64,000 nt of DNA from Malacoraja senta (Eukaryota). The stretch spans positions 1,426,001 to 1,490,000 of the forward strand of contig CM075991.1 of assembly GCA_038087875.1 (NCBI GenBank), given 5' to 3'. Of the stretch, positions 1 through 10,731 are shown in pieces. Under the pieces are notes generated by a model. The model worked only from the letters and a program-made list of their open reading frames with translations, had not been told where the DNA came from and did not search any database. The position numbers were made by a program, and so were the translations under genes. Within the stretch, counting starts at the first letter, position 1; every line of letters begins with the position of its first letter.

Positions 1-2983
1 AATAATTCATAAAATTAGAACAGATACAGGAGAATTATTAAAAATGCCCAAGGATATAAACGAGAGATTTCTCCAATACTATCATAATCTTTATTCAACT
101 AAAACTGTAGTACAACCAGAAGGAATAGCAGATTTTTTACTAAAATGTAATTTAAAAGGTTTAGACTCAAACGATAGAGAATTATTAGAAAGGGAGATTA
201 CGATAAAGGATATAGAAGAGTCTATTGGCTCTTTAAAAAATGGTAAAGCAGTAGGACCAGATGGTTTAGGCTCTGAATTCTATTAAAAAAATTATGACTT
301 GCTCTCCCCACATTTACAAAGGCTGTATGAGCATATCTATACTCAACAGAAACTTCCAGATACTTTAAATGAATCTATAATAACACTTATTCCTAAAGTT
401 GATAAAGATCCGGAAGATCCGGGATCATATAGAGCAATTGCACTTTTAAATACAGATCAGAAAATATTAACTAAAATACTAGCGCATAGATTAAGTACAG
501 TGATGAATAAATTAATACACCCTGACCAAACAGGCTTTATTCAGAAACGGTACTCATATTATAATCTAAGAAGATTATTTAATATTATATATTCTAAGAG
601 AATTATTAATGAAGATCTAGCAATAATCTCACTTGACGCTGAAAAAGCTTTTGATCAGGTTGAATGGTCCTATTTATTTTCGGTGATGGAAAATATGCAG
701 CTAGGGGAGAAATTCTGCACATGGATAAAACTGTTATATACAAACCCTACGGCTAGAATATTAACAAACCAAAGGTTGTCATCTAAATTCAGCCTATCTA
801 GAGGTTGTAGACAAGGATGCCCGTTATCTCAATTATTATTTGCGCTTGCTATTGAGCCACTCGCAGAAAGAGTTAGGGGTCATCCGGAAATACATGGGTA
901 TAACACAAAGGATACAGTGAATAAAATTTCTCTATACGCAGATGATGTACTAATTTACATTACAAAACCAGAAATTAGTATTCCAAACTTATTAAAGCTA
1001 ATAACCCAATTTGGTTCACTCTCAGGATACAGAATAAATTGGAATAAAAGTGAAATTATGCCAATAAGGGAACACAACAAACAGATAATACAACAATTTC
1101 CATTTAAAATAGTAAACGAAAAATTCAAATACCTAGGCATTTACGTAACTAAGATATATACATCATTATTTAAAGCAAATTTTCCATTACTGAACAAACT
1201 ACATAAGAATATTCAATATTGGAAAACATTTCCTATCTCAATGGTTGGCAAAATTAATGCCATAAAAATGATTTTTTACCACAAATATTATACCTTTTTC
1301 AGACAATTCCGATATATTTGTCAAAAAGCTTTAAAAAAAAATTGGATTCCATTGTTAATGATTTTATCTGGGATTATAAGAATCATAGGATAAACAAAAG
1401 ACATTTGTGTAAATCAAAAATAAATGGAGGCTTGGTTTTACCAAACTTTCTGTTTTATTTTTGGGCAGTTAATATTAAAAATATGAATTTCTGGTTGGAA
1501 GAAATAGATCAACAACCAGATTGGTTAAAAATGGAAAAGGAAGATTGTTTACCTTTTGATATCGGCTCGATATTATTTGCTACGTCTAAATTAAACAAAA
1601 ATATTTATATGGAAAACCCTATAATATTTAGTGGGATACGAATTTGGAAACAATTAAAAAAGACATTAAAATTAGATAACATCACTTTTTCTTCCAATTG
1701 TGAATAACCCTTTGTTTAAACCCTCATGGTTGGACAGGGGTTTTACACAATGGAAGAATTATGGAATTAAAAATATGGGACAACTTTACAAGGAAGGCAC
1801 TTTTCTTACATTTCAGGAGTTGCAACAGACTTATGGACTTCGAGGAAATGATTTTTTCAGATATCTTCAACTCAGAGATTATGTAAAATCGAATACTCAA
1901 AATTTTCGAATTAGAAATTCAGAAATTCTTGATGAATGTTGGAATAAACATCCTAATACAGAAAAATTAATATCTTATATATATAATATTTTATTAGACA
2001 GTGACATTCCATCGACAGACTTACACAGACAAACATGGGAAAAAGAATTAAATCAAATAATAACGAAAGATACTTGGGAAGAAAGTTTACAACACATACA
2101 TCAATGTTCATTAAATGCCAGACATTCTTTAATACAATTTAAAGTAATACATAGGTTACATTATTCAAAAACAAAATTACATAAAATCTTTCAACATATC
2201 TCACCTATATGTGATAAATGTCAACATTTAGAAGCTAACTTATCTCATATGTTTGCAAACTGTATAAAAATTAAAAAATTCTGGGTAAATATTTTCAGTA
2301 TAATATCTAAAGTGACCAGCACACAAATTGGACCCGGATCCAAAATTAATAATACTCGGAACATTAGAATTAAATCAAACATTTACAACAACATAAAGAA
2401 ACTTTATTGATTATAGTATAATAACGGGAAAAAAATTAATTCTAAAATTTTGGAAAGGCCCTATAACCCTCACAATCAAAATGTGGATTATAGAAATGAC
2501 GGAGACCTTAAATGTGGAAAGAATCAGATTTTCCCTGTTGGACAAACAGGAATTATTCGTTGGAACATGGTCTCCCTTTATTGATTATTTAAAGGGTCAG
2601 AATGGTTCAGCACAGGAACCTGACTAACACTCGGGCTAAAGAATGGATGAAATGTTATACTTTGAAATGTACGAATATATCTCGAACGAAGTTTTTTATC
2701 TTAATAAATGTTTCCATTCTTCTTTAACTATCTTTTTCTTTTCTGTTTTCTTTTTTTTTTTTGTTGTTGTTTTGTTTTGTTTTTTTCTTTCTCTTTTCTT
2801 TCTTTACTTCATCTATCTTTTTAGTTCTATCTAGTTTAAAAAAAACAAAAAAAGGCAAAAGGTATTGGAGACAATGTAATAATAATTGACAATATTATCA
2901 ATTTAAAAATGTAAGACTGGTAATGATGATAATATGTTGTGTACTTATCTCCAATAAAAAATATTTTCAAAAAAAAAAAAAAA
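1..2983 (+). mobile_element. L1-clade LINE, 3' part (ORF2 RT + C-terminal CCHC, 3'UTR, poly-A), frameshifted
   Basis: ORFs 44-286, 299-1393, 1318-1707 and 1700-2410 give GKAVGPDG, SLDAEKAFD, GCRQGCPLS, SLYADD and CDKC..HMFANC; AATAAA 2953-2958; poly-A 2969-2983; the flank resumes as at the uninterrupted paralogous site ~27605. Confidence 0.93.
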
Positions 2984-4245
2984 GAAGTTAGCATCAATTG
3001 CAATATAGTTCTCAGTAATAAAGAGGGAAGAAGGTTAGACTTTATTGCCTTCCATCACAGTGAGGCATGTGGGGAATCCGGTGTGGTGGATGTTTATGTT
3101 AATTTCTATGTAGTTGTGTGTCTTTTTTTCAGTATGGCTATATGGTAATCGAGTTTCACTGTACCTTAATTGGTACACACATGACAATAAATGACCTTTG
3201 AGCATTAAACTTTGTGAAAGGTGTAAATTTTATGGAAACTGGTACCTACAAGATCTGTGTTTATTTCCGACTTTCCTGAATCCATTTTCGTTTGTCCTGA
3301 TACCCAATGGTTTACTTAAATTGTTAACTTAAATCTATCAAACATAGGAAGGTACAGCACAGAAACAATTCCTTCAGCCCACAATGTCCTTGTGGAACAT
3401 GAGAGATTTACATGTGATCCACATCTCTCCATTTCTTGCATATCCAAGCCCCCATCTAAAAACCTTTTAAATGCCCATCGAACCCACCCATAGCAGCGCG
3501 TATCAGGCACCCACCGCTTTGTGCAAACAATTTGCCCTGTATATCTCCTCTTATATAAAAGCTATTACCTCTGGTCTCTCAAAGTTTTATATACTTCCAA
3601 TCTTTGATCGAAAGATTGAATAATCGAAGGAATGGTTTTGAAGGTGAAAGGGGAAAATTACACAAGATGTGTACATACATTTTCCACAGGGTCGTGGGTG
3701 CCTGGAGCATGCTGCCAAGGTTGGTGGTTGAGATAGATACGATGGTGGCATTTAAGAAGCGTTTGGATATGCAGGGAATAGTGCAATATGGATTATGTTT
3801 AGGTATATAAGAGAAGGTATTGACATCATGTTTGCCACAAACATTGTGGGCAGAAGAATGCGTACTTGTGCTGTACGATTCGAGATTTTATATATATTCA
3901 TAATTGTCACCATGATTTCTTTTCCTCAATATACTTTTGCTTTTCGGCATACTTTGAAACACTTGCTACTCACATTCAATGTCAGCTTTTTTGCCACACT
4001 GACATTTTTAAAGATCTTGGCCAAGTGAGCAAGCAAGATCTCACAGATTAGGTATCCACAATGATTTAACAACACTATGGTTCTAATAACATCTTTGATG
4101 ATAATTACTCCCTTATATGAATGCAAAGCATTATTAAAATAAAAAAATGAAATTATTTACTCAATAATTGAGTAAATTGATAAAAGTCAGATATGAACTA
4201 ACCTTAACTCATGAAATAATCTGTATTTTTCATCCAACATATTTG

Positions 4246-4502
4246 GGTTTGTTGAGGCACTCTCACCTCCAAATCAGAAGAAAGTGGGTTCAAGTTCTAC
4301 ACCAATGATTTAGGCATAAAATCTCGGCTGGCACTCCAGTGCATGACTGAAGGAAGTCTGCACCGTCAGAGGTGCTGTGTTTCACATGAGATATTAGACT
4401 CAGGCCCCACCTGCTCTCTCAGGTGGATGAAAATGATCGCATAGCACTATTTTGAAGAGCAGAGAGTTGTCCCCGATTTCCTGACCAATATTCCTCAATC
4501 AA
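4246..4502 (+). mobile_element. DeuSINE (SacSINE1/AmnSINE-like), degenerate
   Basis: B-box-like GGGTTCAAGT followed by Deu-domain-like GAGGTGCTGTGTTTCACATGAGA...CAGGTGGATG...ATAGCACTATTTTGAAGAG...CCTGACCAATATT. Confidence 0.7.
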
Positions 4503-4906
4503 AATTATTATAGGTGGCAGAATATTACTCACAATTATTAGCCACAGTTCTTAAATGATAACGGTAGCTATAGTTCAAAAGTATGGAAATGAGTGTAAAA
4601 GATTTCAGCAAAGTGCAAAAGTAACCAGGGAAGGAAATTGACCAGAGTTCGTTTTTCTTTGTAAGAGGAGATGCAGCCAAGTTAAGTAATGAAGAGATAT
4701 ATAATGAAGAGCAATATATGCTGGTGGGATCCTGCTTGAGAAGGCAAAAGTTTCAAACTGACGAGGAAGAGGCGTTAAACGAGGGAAGGAAGGGTGACGG
4801 GCCTTCTGTAACCTGGCCTTAATGCAGCGGCTTGATGCCCCGTCCAGGACCGCTGAGCCCGTCGACCACCAGGCCAGGAATGCCTTGTGCGCCCACTGTC
4901 TCTTAC

Positions 4907-5200
4907 CTGGTCGATTGTGGCCCCAAAGCTCCACTTGACACAGAGCTGGGGCGTCGCTACACAGGCGCGGTTCACACCGCTGTGTGTGGGAAGCGCCGCC
5001 TGCCTATACTCACACCGCTGACCCGCAACAATGCCACCCCCTGTGACGCCACTGGCCGTCAAGCAGCTGGGGGATCCCGGGCAACTACCTGCAGGAGCGC
5101 CTGTGCCCTCACCTCGACGCGTCCGCAGCCCCGCTGTCATCGTCGGCTCCCCCACAGGATGAAAGTCAATGAATCCGCACCGACAGTGTCCCCGTTGTCC
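4907..5200 (-). promoter_or_regulatory. CpG-rich candidate promoter/non-coding first exon (copy A), presumably for an ITPRIP-like gene left of the window
   Basis: GC/CpG-rich non-TE block; minus-strand donor CAG|GTAAGA at 4907/4906; near-identical to 30132-30425. Confidence 0.4.
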
Positions 5201-5919
5201 CCGCAACTCTTCCAGCTTTCTCACCACCCCATACAATTTGTATGACGGATCCCGACCTGAAACATCCCCTTATCCCTGATCTCAACAGATGGTGTCTGAC
5301 CCGCTAACTTACTCCAGCAATTTGTGTCTTTTCTATATAAACCACCATTTGCAGTTCCTTGTATCTCCCCTTGGATTTCCCTGGCAGCCCATTCCGAAAC
5401 ATTGGGCGACCATAACGACATATTAATAATATATGTCAACTGGTTCTCAGCAAATCAGTAAGATTATATAAAGGAAACCTTTAAATGATCAATGGCGTCA
5501 TTTAACTGATGTGGGCCCCGGGCGCCAACACTGGCCCGCGCCGCCTGCCCGGACACCACCAGGCCGAGTCCCTCGACGCCATCTTTGCCACGAGGAGCAG
5601 CACCAGCTCTCACCGCCTCCCTGACCGACCTCAGGCCCGGACACCGAAGATGCCGCCGTCGCCGTCCTCCACCCACCCACCCACCAATGACGCCGATCCT
5701 CGCTGCTTCACCGGTAACTCTGACTCGACGAGTCCCCGCGCGCCTCCACCATTGACGCTCCCGACTCTCGCCACTCCACCGCCCTCCTGCAGGCCGCAGC
5801 CGTCGCCTTACCGGAGTCCCAGGCTCAGCACCGGGCCTGAAGTCTCCACGCTGCAGACTCTAACATCACGGGGTCTGACTGTGCTGGGTCCTAGTGCCCG
5901 TTCCCCTGACAATGGGAAT

Positions 5920-5955
5920 CAAAGATTATAGAGCGCAGCTCCTCTAGTATCTTTG
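5920..5955. mobile_element. 36-bp palindromic micro-MITE, copy 1
   Basis: CAAAGATTATAGAGCGCAGCTCCTCTAGTATCTTTG flanked by 8-bp TSD ATGGGAAT (5912-5919/5956-5963); absent from the paralogous PLE at ~38305. Confidence 0.85.
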
Positions 5956-6039
5956 ATGGGAATCTAAGTGGTTATCCCACTGGGTCTTCCCCTTCCCCCT
6001 TAAACCATGTGACCCACAGCTCCTCCCCACCCACACTAT

Positions 6040-6075
6040 CAAAGATTATATAGCGGAGCTCCTCTAGTATCTTTG
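6040..6075. mobile_element. 36-bp palindromic micro-MITE, copy 2
   Basis: CAAAGATTATATAGCGGAGCTCCTCTAGTATCTTTG flanked by 8-bp TSD CACACTAT (6032-6039/6076-6083); absent at ~38380. Confidence 0.85.
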
Positions 6076-6159
6076 CACACTATAGTCCTCATACCCCTCC
6101 TCCCTGACCACCCAGGACCCTCCTACCAGACATCGCCTCGGCCTCCGTCCACTCACATG

Positions 6160-6514
6160 CCTTCCTCCCCCCTTACCCCCACCCCCACCATCCCCCCTTA
6201 CCCTCATCACCCCCTACCCCCACCATTCCCCCCCTACACCGACCATTCCCCCCCCACCGCCCGCCTCCACCATCCCCCCACCCCCCCTATCCCCACCCAC
6301 CCCTACCCTCACACACACCCCTCTCCTCCCACATAACCCCATCTCCCCCCACACACACACACCCCGCCCGACACACCCCGCCTGAAGCCGTCCCCGTCCA
6401 CGGTTACAGAACGCTCCCGCCATTGGGTTGGGGGAACAGGTGAGCGGTGGAATATTGCGTTGGGGGACCAGGCCTATCGTGTGACTGGGACGCAACGGGT
6501 CCCACTTAGTCTAG
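6160..6514 (+). mobile_element. Helitron 3' terminal fragment (same 3' family as 30657-37176)
   Basis: Ends GGGACGCAACGGGTCCC (hairpin)-ACTTAGTCTAG|T at 6514, then PLE resumes; matches reverse complement of 30657-30730; left boundary approximate. Confidence 0.8.
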
Positions 6515-7091
6515 TTATCTCTAACACTATCACTGGCTTCATCACTTCCGGCTCCCTGCCCTCCCAAGTCTCCAACCTCATCGTTCACCAGCCCTGCATG
6601 GCCCGATTTTACCTTTACCCCAAAATCTGCAAACCTGACTGTCCTGGCAGACCCATTTTTTCTGCTTGTTCGTGTCCCACCAAACTTATTTCCACATATG
6701 TCGTCTCCATCCTATCCCCCCTGGTTAAATCCCTCCCTACCTATGTTCAAGATACCTCACACGCTCTTCGTTTCCTCCATGACTTCCGTTTTCCCGGCCC
6801 CCATTCCCTCATCTTCACCGTGGATGTCCAGTCACTCTACACCTCCATCCCCCACCAGGAGGGTCTTAAAGCCCTCCGTTTCTTCCTTGACCGCAGGACC
6901 AACCAATCCCCGTCCACCGATACTCTCCCCGCCTTTATCTCCCCCCTCGACTCCATTCAAGGACCCAAGCTGGTCTTTACCCATAACAACTTTTTGTTTG
7001 ACTCCTCCCATTTCCTCAAAATCCAAGCTATGCCTGCCTCTTTGTAGGGTACGTCGAACAATCCTTGTTCGAGGCATACCGTGGCCCTATC

Positions 7092-8126
7092 TGTAACAAT
7101 AGGATTGTTTATTTAAGTACTGTTGTACGGGGGACGGTTTTAGAGGTGACACCGGGGCTTGCGGCCCAGTTGAAATGATGGCTGCACAAAGACAATAAAG
7201 TTCAAGTAAGCAAGACTGCTTGAATCGTCCATTATGTATGGTCAAGATAGACCAAGAACATAATGAAACATGGTGGCAGCGGTGGACGTCGGAAATTGTT
7301 AGAATTAACTAGAAAAATGAAGAGTTTGAGGATGTGTTCACCGGAGATGGCTGCATGGAGGGTGAATATAGAATAGAGATAGATGACAGAGTACCGCCAG
7401 TGAAACTGCCAAAGCGCAGAGTGCCTGTAGCTATGATGACACCTCTACAAGAGGAACTCAAAGATCTAGAGAGAAGAGGGATAATCACACCAGTGGAACG
7501 CAGCACTGACTGGATCAGTAGCATGGTCGCAGTGAGAAAACCTAATGGGAAGCTGAGGATCTGTATAGACCCAAAACCTCTGAATCGGGCACTAAAAAGA
7601 AGTCACTATCCACTCCCAACTATAGAGGACATCCTGCCAGAGATGTCAAAGGCAAAAGTATTCACAGTCTGCGACGTGAAGCAAGGCTTCTGGCACGTCA
7701 AACTAGAGGAAGAGTCGAGCTTCCTTACCACATTCGCCACCCCATTTGGTCGCTTCCGTTGGCTCAGGATGCCGATGGGAATAAGCCCAGCACCTGAAGT
7801 GTTCCAAAGAAAGCTCATGCAGGCCCTGGAGGGCCTCCCAGGAGTCTCCGTCATAGCAGAAGATGTGTTAATCACGGGGGAAGGAGCAACACAAGAGGAG
7901 GCAGGAAAGGACCACGACGAGAAAGTCAGACGCTTTCTAACCAGGTGCAGAGAGCGCAACATCAAGCTGAACGCGGGCAAATTCAAGCTCAGAAAAAAAG
8001 AGGTACCCTACATAGGTCATCTGCTCACGGCTGAGGGACTGGGGGTTGACCCGGAGAAAGTACGGGCAATCAGAGAGATGCCAAGGCCAACGGACGTGAA
8101 AGGGGTACCAAGAACATAATGAAACA
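7092..8126 (+). mobile_element. Internally deleted Gypsy LTR retrotransposon (5' LTR 7092-7270, PBS 7271-7285, RT core, last 20 bp of 3' LTR)
   Basis: TG..CA LTR; PBS TGGTGGCAGCGGTGG; ORF 7334-8119 Gypsy RT (KLRICIDPKPLN, DVKQGFWHV, RMPMGI); 5-bp TSD CTATC 7087-7091/8127-8131. Confidence 0.92.
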
Positions 8127-9240
8127 CTATCCACGAACTCTACCTCCGGTACATTGACGACTGCATTGGTGCTACCTCCTGCACCCATGCAGAACTCACT
8201 AACTTCATCCATTTCACCACTAACTTCCATCCGGCACTCAAATACGCCTGGACCATTTCCGACATCTCCCTACCGTTTCTAGACCTCACTATCTCTATTG
8301 CAGGTGACAGACTACATGTCGACATCTACTTTAAACCCACTGACTCCCATGGTTATCTGGACTACACTTCTTCCCACCCACCTTCCTGTAAAGACTCCAT
8401 CCCCTACTCCCAACTCCCAACCAATCCCCGTCTACAGATACTCTCCTCCGTCTTACGGAGCTGGTCCTTACCCTTAATAACTTTTTGTTTGACTCCTCTC
8501 ATTTCCTCCAAATTCAAGGCGTAGCTATGGGCACGCGCATGGGCCCCAGCTATGCCTGCCTCTTTGTAGGGTACGTCGAACAATCCTTGTTCGAGATGTA
8601 CCAGGGCCCCATCCTCGACCTCTACCTCCGCTACATCGACGATTGCATTGGTGCTACCTCCTGCACCCACACACAACTGACTGACTTCATCCGCTTCACC
8701 ACTAACTTCCATCCGGCACTCAAATACACCTGGACCATTTCCGACACTTCCCTACCATTTCTTGACCTCACTATCTCCATCGCAGGTGATAGGCTTCTGA
8801 GCGACATCCACTATAAACCCACTGACTCACATGGCTATCTAGACTACACTTCTTCCCACCCTGCTTCCTGTAAGGACTCCATCCCCTACTCCCAATTCCT
8901 CCGTCTACGCCGCATCTGCTCCCAGGATGAGGTGTTCCACAGCAGGGCATCGGAAATGTCCTAATTCTTCAGGGAACGGGGGTTCCTCTCCCCTACTATA
9001 GATGAGGCTCTCACCAGGGTCTCTTCAATACCCCGTAACACTGATCTCTCTCCCCACCCCCCTCCCACTCGTAACAAGGACAGAGCCCCCCTAGTCCTCA
9101 CCTTTCCCCCCATTTTCGCCACCTCCAACATAACCCCACCACTCGCCACATCTTCCCATCCCCCCCTCTGTCTGCTTTCCGCAAAGACCGCTCCCTCAGT
9201 AACTCCCTGTTCAATTCTTCTCTTCCCTTCCCACCCGTAC

Positions 9241-10116
9241 GGAATTCGGTGGGCGGCGCGACTCTCGTTTGCAGCGCCCTCTGCAGTCCGTCTGTCTTTT
9301 TATTATTTTTGTCTCGTTTTTATGTAGTTTTTTTTTTTTTTTTGTCGGGGTATGTGTGTGGTGGGGGGGGGGGTGGTGGGGGCGGGGAAACTTTAAAATC
9401 TTTCCCCTGCACGGGAGACCCGACCTTTTCTTTGTCGGGTCTCCGTTGTCGTTGGGGCTGGGCAACGTGGAGCGGCCTCCAGCAGGAACGACCTGGGGCT
9501 CCAGTTGCGGAGCTGCGGACTACTCACCGTCGCGGGGTGCTGGCCGAGTCCGGAGCGGGTGGAGCTGTGGTGGAGACAATCGCTGCTGCTACCCGACCTC
9601 CGGAGATTCGGAGGCTACAACCGCGGGTCTGGCGGATGGCAACACCGGAAACCCGCGGGTCCCCTGGTGGGAGACCGCTTTTCGGGGCTTCCGCAGCGGC
9701 GACTTCTCCTGCCCAAGTTGTGGAGTTGAAGAGCACCTGGAGCGGGGCTTTATCCCCCCGTGCGGCTTGGAATGGCCGCCGGACTTTGGCTCTAACACCA
9801 AGACCCGGTGCGCGACCCTGCATTAACCGGCGTGGCTTTAATGGCCGCGGGATAATCACAATCGCCCGCCGGGGGCTTTGACTTTGACTCTGACATCGGG
9901 GGGGGGGGGGGAGTGCAGTGGAGAGATACGTTTTTTTGCCTTCCATCACAGCGCTGTGATGGATTTTTGTGTAAATTGTGTTGTGTCTCGGGTCTTCTTC
10001 GTTTTGTAATGTATGGCTGCAGAAACGACATTTCGTTTGGACCTCAACGGGGTCCAAATGACAAATTTGTCCAAAAGACAAATAAATAGTATTGTAAATT
10101 GTATTGTAATTGTATT
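9241..10116 (+). mobile_element. Non-coding non-autonomous retroposon (~880 bp) with (ATTGT)n tail
   Basis: Interrupts PLE at ACCCGTAC|CACCCC with GTAC duplicated; GC head, T tract, G run, AATAAA then ATTGT repeats. Confidence 0.75.
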
Positions 10117-10731
10117 GTACCACCCCCTCCCCGGGCACTTTCCCTTGCAACCGCAAGAGATGCTACACTTGTCGCTTTATCTCCCCCCTCGACTCCATTC
10201 AAGGACCCAAGCAGTCGTTACAGGTATGACAGAGGTTCACCTGCATCTCCTCCAACCTCATCTATTGCATCCGCTGCTCTAGATGTCAGCTGATCTACAT
10301 CGGTGAGACCAAGCGTAGGCTTGCCGATCGTTTCGCCGAACACCTCCGCTCATTAACCAACCTGATCTCCTTGTGGCTCAGCACTCCATCTACCCCTCCC
10401 ATTCCGAATCCGACCTTTCTGTCCTGGGCCTCCTCCATGGCCAGAGTGAGCACCACTGGAAATTGGAGGAGCAGCACCTCATATTCTGCTTGGGCAGTTT
10501 GCACCCTAGCGCCTTAAACATTGACCTGCAATTTCTGGTAGCCCTTGCTGTCTCCTCCCCTTCTCAGCTCTCCCACAGCCCTCTGGCTCCTCCTCTTCCT
10601 TTCTCCTTTCTTCTCCCCCCCCCCACCCTACATCAGTCTGAAGAAGGGTTTCGGCCCGAAACGTTGCCTAATTCCTTCGCTCCATAGATGCTGCTGCACC
10701 CGCTGAGTTTCTCCAGCACTTTTGTCTTCCT
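10117..10731 (+). mobile_element. Penelope-like 3' region (GIY-YIG remnants, hammerhead-like end)
   Basis: IYCIRCS..IYIGETKR remnants; LEEQHLIF; CTGAAGAAGGGTTTCGGCCCGAAACG. Confidence 0.85.

Larger units (their letters stand above)
5516..9240 (+). mobile_element. Penelope-like (PLE) retroelement fragments, partially tandem, hosting nested insertions
   Basis: ORF 6460-7047 (ARFYLYPKI..PGRPI, DVQSLYTSIP) and ORF 8485-8964 (GVAMGTRMGPSYA, YLRYIDD, FLDL, YKPTDSH) carry PLE RT motifs; sequence restarts at ~8418. Confidence 0.9.

Noticed and set aside
4832..5245. Conserved 137/169-aa plus-strand ORF in both duplicates
   Set aside because: GC-rich with ORFs on both strands, no recognisable domain; conservation is explained by recent duplication or conversion
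5372..5381. NF-kB-like site (GGGAAATCCA on minus) near the candidate promoter
   Set aside because: Single short imperfect motif, expected by chance
5920..6075. Two 36-bp palindromic repeats with a spacer, resembling a mini CRISPR array
   Set aside because: Eukaryotic context; the spacer is Penelope sequence; each repeat has its own 8-bp TSD
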